A DNA stretch of 57,578 nt, from the IMG/VR virus record IMGVR_UViG_3300045988_152398, one strand, 5' to 3'. Under the pieces are notes generated by a model. That model was not told the origin of the DNA. It was given only the letters and a program-made list of their open reading frames with translations, and ran no database searches. A program made the translations under genes and the position numbers. How positions within the stretch are numbered: position 1 is the stretch's first letter; every line of letters starts with the position of its first letter. This DNA is from a virus. Below, one piece after another: positions 43,605 through 52,206 of this stretch.

Positions 43605-46600
43605 ATGTATTATTACGCTTATATTAACAGCGAAAACATTGTTACGGGTGTTTATGAACTTCCTACACCTGTCACAATAGACGGCTACATCTCAATCACA
43701 CAAGACCAATACGAGAATGGCGATTTGGTAGGCAAGGTATATGACCCTGAAACTAACACATTTAATACTTTACCTGTTTGGATTGGTTCATCTGACGAAG
43801 TAAAGTATAAGAACACTAATACTACACTTTCTGATAAGTTGGATAGTATCGAAAACACAGTTGCAAGCAAGGCAAACGCAAGTGATTTACACAATCACGA
43901 AAACAAAGCCGTGCTTGACGGTATCACAGCCGAAAAGGTATCACTTTGGGATAACGGCACAGCGGGTGCAGACGGTGAGGACGGTGCAACCTTTACACCT
44001 AATGTAGCAAGTGACGGCACTTTATCTTGGACTAATAACAAAGAACTTGATAATCCTACACCTGTAAATATCAAGGGTGCAGACGGTGCGAAAGGTGATA
44101 AAGGTGACAAAGGCGACCCATTCACTTATGAGGATTTTACAGCCGCACAACTTGCAGGCTTAAAAGGTGAAAAAGGTGATAAGGGTGATACAGGCGAGCA
44201 AGGTATTCAAGGCGAAAAAGGCGACAAGGGCGATACAGGCGAACAAGGAATACAGGGTATTCAAGGCGTAAAAGGTGATACAGGTGCAAACGGTCAGGAC
44301 GGTAAAAGTGCTTACCAAATAGCTCTTGATAATGGCTTTATAGGAACGCAAGCTGAATGGATTGCAAGCCTTAAAGGTGCTAAAGGCGACAAAGGCGAGC
44401 AGGGAATACAAGGTATTCAAGGTGAGCAAGGTATTCAGGGCGTAAAAGGCGATAAGGGTGCAACAGGTGCTAATGGCGAGGACGGAACAACCGTTGTTGT
44501 TGGCACAACATCAACAGGTAATGCGGGAACAAACGCAAGCGTTACAGGCACATTAAACGCCCAAACAAACACACTTACACTTGATTTTGTTATTCCGAGA
44601 GGTGCAACGGGTGAAAGTGGCTCATCTGCAAGTATCACAGCAGATGAAGTATTAACAAAGCTCAAAACCGTTGACGGCACAAACAGCGGTCTTGACGCAG
44701 ATACTCTTGACGGAGTACACGCAAGCGGTTTTGCTACAGCTACCCATACTCACGCAGAATACGCCACAGAAACCGACTTGAACGGTAAAGCGGATATTAA
44801 CCATACTCACACAGAATATGCAACTACAACCGCTTTAGAGGGCAAAGCAGACATCAATCATACGCATAGCGAGTATGCGACAGTAACAGCCCTTAACGGA
44901 AAAGCTGACGCTTCACATTCACACAGCAATGCCACAGCTTCCGCAAGCGGTTTTATGAGCAATAGCGATAAATCTAAACTTGACGGCGTGGAAACAGGGG
45001 CTAATAAAACGGTTGTTGATACTGCCCTTTCAAGTACAAGTACAAATCCCGTTCAAAACAAAGTGATTAATTCCGCATTAGCAGGAAAAGCGGCTACAAG
45101 TCACACACATACACTTGATAATGTTTCAGAAACAACATCAAAGAAAATTATGACAGCGGCAGAAAGAACAAAGTTAAACGGAATTGCCACAGGTGCAAAT
45201 AACTATGTTCACCCGACTTCACACCCTGCAACAATGATTACAGGGCTTGCAACAGTTGCTACAAGCGGAAGTTATGATGATTTATCAGATAAGCCTACAA
45301 GTATGACACCGACAGCACATACTCACGAACAAAACGATATTACAGGACTTGCAACGGTATTAAGTAATAAGGCTAATGCTTCACATACTCACGCAACAAG
45401 TGATGTCACAGGTCTTGATACGGCTTTGAGCGGTAAGGCTTCCGCAAGTCACACACATTCACTTGATGATATTTCAGAAACAACCGACAAAAAGATTATG
45501 ACGGCTGATGAAAGGACAAAGTTAAGTGGAATTGCGGCAGGAGCAAACAAAACAGTAGTTGACACCGCAATGTCAAGTACAAGCACGAACCCCGTTCAAA
45601 ACAAAACTGTAAATTCGGCTTTGGATAATAAGGTTGATAAGGTCACAGGTAAAGGACTTTCAACAAATGATTATACAACAGACGAAAAGACTAAACTTGC
45701 AGGAATTGCAACAGGTGCAAATAAATATACTCACCCGTCATACACAGCCAAATCAACAGGCTTGTATAAGGTAGCCGTTGACAGTACAGGTCATATCAGC
45801 GGAACAACAGTCGTAGCAAAAGCAGATATTACAGCGTTGGGTATTCCGTCAACGAATACAACCTATGTCAATGCTACAACAAGCACAGCGGGTCTTATGA
45901 GTACAACAGATAAATCAAAATTAGACGGTATCGCAACAGGAGCAAACAAAACAACCGTTGATACTGCATTAAGTTCAACAAGCACTAATCCCGTACAAAA
46001 TAAGGTTATCAATACAGCTCTCGCAGGAAAGGCAAGCACAAGTCACAATCACAATTCCGCTTATATTGCTAAATCATTGCAAATGACAGCGGACGACGGT
46101 GATGTTTATGTGACTTGGAGCAATCAAGATGTTGTTGCAAAAATTAAAGCATTGCCAACAGGTATGTACACCGCTTATGCAAAGGCAGGAACAACAAACA
46201 ATCCAAAAACTACAGAGGGTTGGCGTTTTCTTGTACATAAAACAACTAATGCGGTTGGTTGGGTACAGGCTTTCGGTTCTTCGGGTTCAATGTTTTTAGG
46301 AACTGTTGATAGTGACGGTTGGAAAGGTTGGAAGTGCATTTTTGACGCTGACCCTACACCACTTTGGATAGGAAAATTGTATATGGCGGGTACTGATAGT
46401 ACACCGCAGACAGTTACACCGTCAAAGAAATTGTCAGAATGTCGTAACGGTTGGCTTTTGCTTTGGAGTGATTACGACCCTGATACATCAACAGCGAACG
46501 ACGCAGACTTTGCAACTACAATAATTCCAAAGAGCAACGCAACAGGAGGAAATTGGAACGGTAAATCTTTCTTGTGTGATATTCCGAGATATATCGGTAG

Positions 46601-46736
46601 TAATGTTAATGATGTTGACACAGAACGCCGCATTATGAAAATTCTTTACATTTACGATAATTATATCAAAGGAAGTCCTAACAACAATAAAGACGATAGA
46701 AATGATGTTGTATTGCGTGCTGTTTATGAAATTTAA
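43605..46736 (+). CDS. long tail fibre with collagen-like G-X-Y tracts and repeated HxH motifs
   Basis: [30 protein letters not shown]... At least 8 H-T-H/H-S-H motifs. Three [28 protein letters not shown] repeats. Confidence 0.85.
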   Translation: MYYYAYINSENIVTGVYELPTPVTIDGYISITQDQYENGDLVGKVYDPETNTFNTLPVWIGSSDEVKYKNTNTTLSDKLDSIENTVASKANASDLHNHENKAVLDGITAEKVSLWDNGTAGADGEDGATFTPNVASDGTLSWTNNKELDNPTPVNIKGADGAKGDKGDKGDPFTYEDFTAAQLAGLKGEKGDKGDTGEQGIQGEKGDKGDTGEQGIQGIQGVKGDTGANGQDGKSAYQIALDNGFIGTQAEWIASLKGAKGDKGEQGIQGIQGEQGIQGVKGDKGATGANGEDGTTVVVGTTSTGNAGTNASVTGTLNAQTNTLTLDFVIPRGATGESGSSASITADEVLTKLKTVDGTNSGLDADTLDGVHASGFATATHTHAEYATETDLNGKADINHTHTEYATTTALEGKADINHTHSEYATVTALNGKADASHSHSNATASASGFMSNSDKSKLDGVETGANKTVVDTALSSTSTNPVQNKVINSALAGKAATSHTHTLDNVSETTSKKIMTAAERTKLNGIATGANNYVHPTSHPATMITGLATVATSGSYDDLSDKPTSMTPTAHTHEQNDITGLATVLSNKANASHTHATSDVTGLDTALSGKASASHTHSLDDISETTDKKIMTADERTKLSGIAAGANKTVVDTAMSSTSTNPVQNKTVNSALDNKVDKVTGKGLSTNDYTTDEKTKLAGIATGANKYTHPSYTAKSTGLYKVAVDSTGHISGTTVVAKADITALGIPSTNTTYVNATTSTAGLMSTTDKSKLDGIATGANKTTVDTALSSTSTNPVQNKVINTALAGKASTSHNHNSAYIAKSLQMTADDGDVYVTWSNQDVVAKIKALPTGMYTAYAKAGTTNNPKTTEGWRFLVHKTTNAVGWVQAFGSSGSMFLGTVDSDGWKGWKCIFDADPTPLWIGKLYMAGTDSTPQTVTPSKKLSECRNGWLLLWSDYDPDTSTANDADFATTIIPKSNATGGNWNGKSFLCDIPRYIGSNVNDVDTERRIMKILYIYDNYIKGSPNNNKDDRNDVVLRAVYEI

Positions 46737-46753
46737 ACAAGGAGGACGGCAAT

Positions 46754-47062
46754 GTGACAAATGAAGATATCGCAGTTAGATTAGAAAATCACGAACAGGA
46801 AATAAAAAGCCTTAAACACCGTATGGACGAGCAGGAGGGTAAAGACAAAACACTTACCGAATTAACTATATCCATTAAAACTCTTGCTACAAATATGGAA
46901 TATATGGCAAAAGAACAGCAAAAACAAGGAGAACGCCTTGAACGCCTTGAACACGAACCCGTAGATAATTACAAGCACTATAAAAGGCTTGTAATAGGTT
47001 GTGTGCTTACTACTATAATAGGTGCTTTGTTAGGTGTTATCCTTGCAAATATTATTCATTAA
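46754..47062 (+). CDS. xhlA: XhlA-like lysis-associated membrane protein
   Basis: N-terminal coiled coil plus a single C-terminal TM. GTG start 8 nt after AAGGAGG. Confidence 0.6.
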   Translation: MTNEDIAVRLENHEQEIKSLKHRMDEQEGKDKTLTELTISIKTLATNMEYMAKEQQKQGERLERLEHEPVDNYKHYKRLVIGCVLTTIIGALLGVILANIIH

Positions 47063-47078
47063 CAGGAGGAATTTTATT

Positions 47079-47345
47079 ATGGAAAACATTTTGGGTATTG
47101 CAACAATTCCGAGCATTATTGTTATTTGCTATCTGCTCTCACAGGGCGTAAAGGTTACACCTTTGGATAACAAGTATATCCCTATTATTTGTGGTGTTAT
47201 CGGTGGTGCTCTTGGCGTGGTAGCAATGTTTATTGTGCCTGATTTTCCCGCAACAGATTACCTTATGGCTACTGCTATTGGTATTGTTAGTGGATTATCA
47301 GCGACGGGCATTAATCAGATTTACAAGCAACTTTCAAACAAGTAA
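47079..47345 (+). CDS. holin (88 aa, 2-3 TM)
   Basis: ATG at 47079 after AGGAGG. Hydrophobic segments and a polar C-terminus. Confidence 0.65.
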   Translation: MENILGIATIPSIIVICYLLSQGVKVTPLDNKYIPIICGVIGGALGVVAMFIVPDFPATDYLMATAIGIVSGLSATGINQIYKQLSNK

Positions 47346-47351
47346 AACAAC

Positions 47352-47391
47352 AAAAAACAGGAGGGGCGATTTTTCGCCCCTCTTTTTTTTA
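47352..47391. terminator. bidirectional intrinsic terminator
   Basis: A-run, GAGGGGCG-loop-CGCCCCTC, T8. Confidence 0.85.
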
Positions 47392-47394
47392 TGC

Positions 47395-47655
47395 TTAAAA
47401 TTCATCTTGTAACTCGGATAGTTTCCATTTCAACTCACTTTCAACTTCTTTCAATTCTTCAATTTCAGCTTTTTTCGCTTGGATAACTTGATGAATTTCA
47501 AAAGGTGTTTTTGATGTTTTACTTTTGCCGTTTTCTTCAAACTCTTTTAAAAGTTGTTTACCTTTTTTAATGGATTGTTCAAGTTTCTCAATGTCGGCGT
47601 AAACACCTTTGATAGCAAATTCAACAATTTCAAATTGATTTAACATTTTAATCAC
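47395..47655 (-). CDS. coiled-coil small protein (86 aa)
   Basis: ORF track. Has its own promoter cassette. Confidence 0.6.
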   Translation of the reverse strand: MIKMLNQFEIVEFAIKGVYADIEKLEQSIKKGKQLLKEFEENGKSKTSKTPFEIHQVIQAKKAEIEELKEVESELKWKLSELQDEF

Positions 47656-47696
47656 CCTTTATGATTTTTTGTTTATCTCTATCTATTATTATTATA
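47656..47696 (-). promoter_or_regulatory. promoter-leader cassette, copy f
   Basis: Minus-strand read: CTACAATGGTGGTATAATAATAATAGATAGAGATAAAC...GGGTGATTAAAATG. Confidence 0.55.
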
Positions 47697-47775
47697 CCAC
47701 CATTGTAGTAATATTAAACATAAAATTCAATAAAACATTGTGCATTTTGCCAATTGAATTATAACAAAAAAGTAG

Positions 47776-47841
47776 TATAATATAATTGTAAGTTAAAGGT
47801 AGGCGTTACCAAAAACAACGCAGAAAGAAAGAGGTAAAAAT
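47776..47841 (+). promoter_or_regulatory. promoter-leader cassette, copy g (long form)
   Basis: TTGAAT-16-TATAAT, then AAAGGTAGGCGTTACCAAAAACAACGCAGAAAGAAAGAGGTAA. Confidence 0.6.
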
Positions 47842-48330
47842 ATGAAATACTTTAAAAACATAAATTGTGTTGAGCAGTTAAAAAAACAGTATAAAGCATT
47901 GTGCAAGAAATATCACCCTGATTTGAACACAGAAGATACAACAAGCATAATGCAAGAGATTAACGCAGAGTACAGCACATTATTTGAACGCTACAAGAAC
48001 ATTCACGAAAACGCAGAGGGCGAAACCTACACAGCCAAAGAAAGCACGACAGAGCAAAGTACAGACTTTATCAATATAATTAATAGTATCATCAATTATA
48101 ACATTGATATAGAAATCGTAGGTAGTTGGGTATGGTGCTTTAATTCATACGAGTATAGAGAGCAGTTAAAGGCTTTAGGCTTTAAATATGCGGCGAAAAA
48201 AAAGGCGTGGTGTTGGCACAGCGACAATTACAAAAAGAAAAGCAGAAAAGAAATGAATATGAATGAAATTAGAAACCTTTACGGTAGCGAAACAATAAAG
48301 AGCCGTGAAGAAATCAAAAAGATAGCATAA
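47842..48330 (+). CDS. J-domain (DnaJ-like) protein
   Basis: YKALCKKYHPDLN HPD motif in the N-terminal ~55 aa. Confidence 0.75.
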   Translation: MKYFKNINCVEQLKKQYKALCKKYHPDLNTEDTTSIMQEINAEYSTLFERYKNIHENAEGETYTAKESTTEQSTDFINIINSIINYNIDIEIVGSWVWCFNSYEYREQLKALGFKYAAKKKAWCWHSDNYKKKSRKEMNMNEIRNLYGSETIKSREEIKKIA

Positions 48331-48336
48331 ATAAAG

Positions 48337-48370
48337 AAACCGCCTTGAAATACAGGCGGTTTACTTATTT
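48337..48370 (+). terminator. intrinsic terminator
   Basis: AACCGCCT-loop-AGGCGGTT followed by a T-rich tract. Confidence 0.65.
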
Positions 48371-48440
48371 GTTAAAAATATACAATAAAAAAGGTGTAAC
48401 TTTGGTAAGTATGTCAATTGATATTATGCTACAATGGTGG

Positions 48441-48480
48441 TATAATAATTATAGAAAATAAAGAAAAGAGGTTATAAAAA
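48441..48480 (+). promoter_or_regulatory. promoter-leader cassette, copy h (short)
   Basis: CTACAATGGTGGTATAATAATTATAGAAAATAAAGAAAAGAGGTTA. Confidence 0.55.
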
Positions 48481-48693
48481 ATGAAAGTTATTAAAGCAAG
48501 CGAATTAAAAGTCGGTATGCAGTTACCCGAAGCAGACGGTTTTTTATTTGATGTTGTCGAAGTGGTAAAAGAAACGCCGAAAACAATTACAGTAAAACTT
48601 GCAAGCGATTTTTCAAGTTTTCGTAGTCATTGGGCTTGTAATGGTGGCGTTTTAAAAACATTCAGAAAAAAAACAAAAATTTATTGTGCATAG
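48481..48693 (+). CDS. hypothetical small protein
   Basis: ORF track. Confidence 0.55.
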   Translation: MKVIKASELKVGMQLPEADGFLFDVVEVVKETPKTITVKLASDFSSFRSHWACNGGVLKTFRKKTKIYCA

Positions 48694-48700
48694 GTGCAAA

Positions 48701-48716
48701 GGGGCTATAAAGCCCC
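48701..48716 (+). terminator. GC hairpin (start of repeated intergenic module 2)
   Basis: GGGGCT-ATAA-AGCCCC. Confidence 0.45.
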
Positions 48717-48760
48717 CGCAATGTGTCAAAACGAAACATTTTAGAAAGGTATGATAAAAT

Positions 48761-48976
48761 ATGTTAGTAAGAGATAAAGACAGTCAAGAGGTCTATAAAC
48801 ATATTTGTGATGATAGTTACAAATATACAAAAAAGGGGCTTGCAGAGCGGTTGCCGATTTATTTACACGATATATCAGCCTATACGCTTATTGAAGGTAA
48901 AGACGGCTTGCAACTGATAAGCATTAAACATTGTCCTTATTGTGGCAAAGAAATAGAAACAGATGAAAGAGGTTAA
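48761..48976 (+). CDS. hypothetical small protein with C-terminal CPYCG
   Basis: ORF track. Confidence 0.55.
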   Translation: MLVRDKDSQEVYKHICDDSYKYTKKGLAERLPIYLHDISAYTLIEGKDGLQLISIKHCPYCGKEIETDERG

Positions 48977-48980
48977 AAAA

Positions 48981-49874
48981 ATGAAATACTATGAAATCAA
49001 CGAAACAGCAGCAAGACAAGCCCGTGAATGTTGGTCTTTTAGCGATTATCAGCACGGCAGTAAAACAGCAGAATATAAAGCACAAGTTGACGAGTGCTAC
49101 AGCCTTGTTGATAAGTTACCCGACGACTTGAAAGAAAAAGGGGCGGCAATGGCAGACAGATACGCCCGCCGCCTTGCTGAATGGTACAATAAGCAATTCA
49201 GAATTGAAATGATGTGTCCGTCCGTGATGATTAGCGGCGGTAGTAATTTCCCCGTAAGAAAGAAAGAAAAGCAGAACGCCGCACAAGATAGACACTATCA
49301 GCTATACGACGAAATTCAAAAAATACCCGAAAAAATCAAAGGGCTATTAAGAGGTACAAATATTATTAAATCAGGTGAAGCCGACGCTTTAGAGCAGTTA
49401 AGAAAGAAAGCCGAAAAAGCCGAAGCCCTACAAACAGAAATGAAAGCGGTAAATGCTTATTACCGAAAAAACAAAACTTTGAAAGGCTATAAAGATTATA
49501 CAGATGAAAGAGCGGCAGAGCTTGACAAGGCTATCAAAGAAAGTATGTACGGCGTACCATTCCCGCCGTATGCGTTGACAAACAACAACGCCAAAATCAG
49601 AAATACAAGAGCAAGAATAACACAGCTTGAACGGCTTAAAAAAGCGGCAGAACAGCCGAAAGATGAATACAAGACAGATTTATTTGAAGTTGTTGAAAAC
49701 GCTGAAATTATGCGTTTACAGCTTAAATTTGACGGCAAGCCCGACGCAGACACAAGAACGGTTTTAAAGCGTCACGGCTTTAAATGGTCGCCAAAAAACG
49801 GCGTATGGCAAAGACAATTAACCAATAATGCAAAGTATGCACTACAGAACATTATCAAAGAGTTAGAGCAGTAA
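48981..49874 (+). CDS. DUF3560-like protein
   Basis: ATG at 48981 after AAGAGGT. C-terminal ...TRTVLKRHGFKWSPKNGVWQRQ pattern recalled from plasmid/phage DUF3560 proteins. Confidence 0.5.
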   Translation: MKYYEINETAARQARECWSFSDYQHGSKTAEYKAQVDECYSLVDKLPDDLKEKGAAMADRYARRLAEWYNKQFRIEMMCPSVMISGGSNFPVRKKEKQNAAQDRHYQLYDEIQKIPEKIKGLLRGTNIIKSGEADALEQLRKKAEKAEALQTEMKAVNAYYRKNKTLKGYKDYTDERAAELDKAIKESMYGVPFPPYALTNNNAKIRNTRARITQLERLKKAAEQPKDEYKTDLFEVVENAEIMRLQLKFDGKPDADTRTVLKRHGFKWSPKNGVWQRQLTNNAKYALQNIIKELEQ

Positions 49875-49970
49875 TGCTCTAATTCTTTGTACTACAAATG
49901 TAGCATTTTGCACAAAATAATTCTTTTATCTTTGGTGAAAATGCGAATAGACTTTATAACACAGCAATGA

Positions 49971-50038
49971 TATAATAAAGACACGATAAAGAAAGGTAAG
50001 CACACCTACAAAGTGCAGAAAGAAAGAGGTAAATAATT
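49971..50038 (+). promoter_or_regulatory. promoter-leader cassette, copy i (long form)
   Basis: GATATAATAAAGACACGATAAAGAAAGGTAAGCACACCTACAAAGTGCAGAAAGAAAGAGGTAA. Confidence 0.6.
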
Positions 50039-50263
50039 ATGAAATTTGAAATTAAAAACAACAAAATCTACAGAAAAGGCGAAGAAATCAGACCAAACAC
50101 AAACGGCACAGGTGGCAAGGTTGTTCAAGGTACATCAGCCAAAGGCTTATGGTTTGACGCAGAAACCGAAAGCGAGAGCTTTAGAGTGTATAAGAAAGAT
50201 TTGTTAAATTTATCAAAAAACGCACACGAAATATTTTTCAATTATTGCAATAACGCAATATAA
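50039..50263 (+). CDS. hypothetical small protein
   Basis: ORF track. Confidence 0.55.
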   Translation: MKFEIKNNKIYRKGEEIRPNTNGTGGKVVQGTSAKGLWFDAETESESFRVYKKDLLNLSKNAHEIFFNYCNNAI

Positions 50264-50278
50264 AAAATTGCAGAGTGA

Positions 50279-50320
50279 CCGCCCGAAAGGGCGGGTAGCC
50301 GCCTTGTACTGATGATAGGC
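50279..50320 (+). promoter_or_regulatory. repeated leader module 3: GC hairpin plus GTACTGATGATAGGC
   Basis: CCGCCC-GAAA-GGGCGG at 50279-50294. Motif at 50306-50320. A paralogous copy lies at 54975-55028. Confidence 0.45.
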
Positions 50321-50347
50321 AAAAATTTAATATTGAAAGGTGATTGA

Positions 50348-50785
50348 ATGAAAGCAATATCAATACGAAACCCATATGCACATATGATTTTATGCGGTGA
50401 GAAAGAATTTGAGTTTAGGACTTGGCAAACTGACTACAGAGGTGATTTACTGATTTGCAGTAGTGCAAACCCGAAAATCAAAAATACAATTTGCGGTCAC
50501 GCACTTTGCATTGTAAGGCTTAACGATATTACAAAGGTAACGCCGAAAAATTACCGTGATTTTGGGCTTGATAGAAGCGATTTAGACAATAATTTATACG
50601 CTTGGCAGTTGACAGATATAAGAGTGATTAAACCGTTTCCCGTTAAAGGCAAGCTCAATTTTTACAATGTTGATGATGAACTAATTGAAATCATTGACAA
50701 CGGCGACGACAGCTTAACAGATGAAGAAGCCGAAGCACTCTACAAGAAGTATATCGAACCATTATTGTACAAAGGCAAGAAATAA
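50348..50785 (+). CDS. ASCH (PUA-like) domain protein
   Basis: MKAISIRNPYAHMILCGEKEFEFRTW... pattern. Confidence 0.65.
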   Translation: MKAISIRNPYAHMILCGEKEFEFRTWQTDYRGDLLICSSANPKIKNTICGHALCIVRLNDITKVTPKNYRDFGLDRSDLDNNLYAWQLTDIRVIKPFPVKGKLNFYNVDDELIEIIDNGDDSLTDEEAEALYKKYIEPLLYKGKK

Positions 50786-50793
50786 GAAAAGCA

Positions 50794-50813
50794 GGGCGGG
50801 TAAAACCGCCTTT
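50794..50813 (+). terminator. weak terminator hairpin
   Basis: GGCGG-loop-CCGCC followed by TTT. Confidence 0.45.
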
Positions 50814-50838
50814 ATACCTATTGCAATTATACTACAAT

Positions 50839-50877
50839 TATGATACAATAAATATAGATAAAAAAGGGGGCTATAAA
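50839..50877 (+). promoter_or_regulatory. promoter-leader cassette, copy j (divergent)
   Basis: ACTACAATTATGATACAATAAATATAGATAAAAAAGGGGG. Confidence 0.4.
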
Positions 50878-51171
50878 ATGAAAATCATTTTAAAAGAAGT
50901 ATCACAAGAACCGAAAGTAACAGAAGTAGAAAATAATTTACAGGTGTTTCAAACGCTTGTAGGTGGCTACATTGAAGTTGTTAGTATTGATTTAGGCGTT
51001 TGCCTTGTTTGTAACGAGGAAGGTAAGCTACAAGGGCTACCCGTAAACTTTGGGTTAGGTCACGATACTATCAATGGTACGGCTATTTTTGTTGCTGACA
51101 ATGGCAAAGGCGATTTTACAGATTTAACAGATGAACAAATTGATTTTGTAATGAGTGCATTTAATAACTAA
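50878..51171 (+). CDS. DUF3846-like protein
   Basis: LQTLVGGYIEVV...CNEEGKLQGLPVN pattern. Confidence 0.55.
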   Translation: MKIILKEVSQEPKVTEVENNLQVFQTLVGGYIEVVSIDLGVCLVCNEEGKLQGLPVNFGLGHDTINGTAIFVADNGKGDFTDLTDEQIDFVMSAFNN

Positions 51172-51185
51172 AGGGAGTGTATGCA

Positions 51186-51437
51186 ATGCTTGTAAATGGC
51201 GAGAACTATTTCAATCCGTTGTCATTTAATAAGGCGTGTAAAGCGTTAGAACAGGGCAACAAGATTGAAATGTATATTGATGTTATCGGTCACACAAGAA
51301 ATAATATGGTGCAAGAAGAATACAAAGAAGCGTTAATTGAAAAGTACGGTGACAGATTGAGTATTGAAAAGGAAGAAGGCTCATACAGTTACAATTACTC
51401 ATACAAACTTATTGAGGGTAGCGGTCAAAATAAATAG
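51186..51437 (+). CDS. hypothetical small protein
   Basis: ATG at 51186 after GGGAG. Confidence 0.5.
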   Translation: MLVNGENYFNPLSFNKACKALEQGNKIEMYIDVIGHTRNNMVQEEYKEALIEKYGDRLSIEKEEGSYSYNYSYKLIEGSGQNK

Positions 51438-51446
51438 CGTATGGTT

Positions 51447-51492
51447 ATGATGAAACAATGGCGGGCATTTATTGCCGTCATTGTTTCATCAT
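51447..51492. other. 46-bp near-perfect palindrome; attP candidate and/or terminator
   Basis: ATGATGAAACAATGGCGGGCATTTATTGCCGTCATTGTTTCATCAT. Outer 14 bp are perfect. Centre is TT. Confidence 0.4.
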
Positions 51493-51581
51493 TGAATAAT
51501 TACTTAAAAGAAGAAACAAAGCAAGCCTATAGAACGGCTGAAAATAACTGTTATGTATTAATCAATTAAGGAGGTGATTTA

Positions 51582-51872
51582 ATGAAAAAAAGAGGTATGA
51601 CGCCTGAACAAGCAAAGAAAATCAGAGAAGAAAAAGGACTTAAAGAAACTAAATTACAAGTTTTGCGTACTCAAAAAGGATTGTCACAAGCAGAATTAGC
51701 GGCTATATCAGGAGTAGCGAAACGCACCGTACAAGGTTATGAGCAGGACGCAAGAAGTATAGACAATGCAAAATTAGATACATTGTGCAGTTTGTGCCTT
51801 GCCCTTGACTGTAAAATGGAGGACATTATAGAAGATAAAGAGTTGATTATTAGATACAGAAAAATAAAGTAA
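51582..51872 (+). CDS. XRE-family HTH protein
   Basis: LRTQKGLSQAELAAISGVAKRTVQGYE. Confidence 0.7.
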   Translation: MKKRGMTPEQAKKIREEKGLKETKLQVLRTQKGLSQAELAAISGVAKRTVQGYEQDARSIDNAKLDTLCSLCLALDCKMEDIIEDKELIIRYRKIK

Positions 51873-51905
51873 AAAAAGAGGGGAAAATAAACCCCTCTTT
51901 TAATT
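51871..51905. terminator. bidirectional intrinsic terminator
   Basis: A-run, AGAGGGG-loop-CCCCTCT, T-run. Confidence 0.8.
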
Positions 51906-51909
51906 TTGG

Positions 51910-52194
51910 CTATTGTGCTAAAATCAGCTTTTTACCGAGTTTCTTTAAATAAATGTAGTAAAAAAGAAATTCGTCATAATCTTTAAATACCACCCATTTA
52001 TTATAAACAAGCAGGATTTCAATATCATTATTTGCAATGACCTTGTTTATAGCTTCTGTAAATCTATCCCCTCTTATATCAAAAATTCTATGTGCAACGG
52101 AATAGCCGTATCTTTTGGCTTTTTCTGCACAAACATTATGCTGTTCAAAAACGGTTATGTTGTTTGCGTTTTTTGCATATATAATGCAATTCAT
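51910..52194 (-). CDS. resolvase-catalytic-domain-like protein lacking the nucleophile serine
   Basis: MNCIIYAKNANNITVFEQ... aligns to the YARVSxxxQ start of serine recombinases, but the Ser position is not Ser. 94 aa. Confidence 0.5.
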   Translation of the reverse strand: MNCIIYAKNANNITVFEQHNVCAEKAKRYGYSVAHRIFDIRGDRFTEAINKVIANNDIEILLVYNKWVVFKDYDEFLFYYIYLKKLGKKLILAQ

Positions 52195-52206
52195 TATTAC
52201 ACCCGC

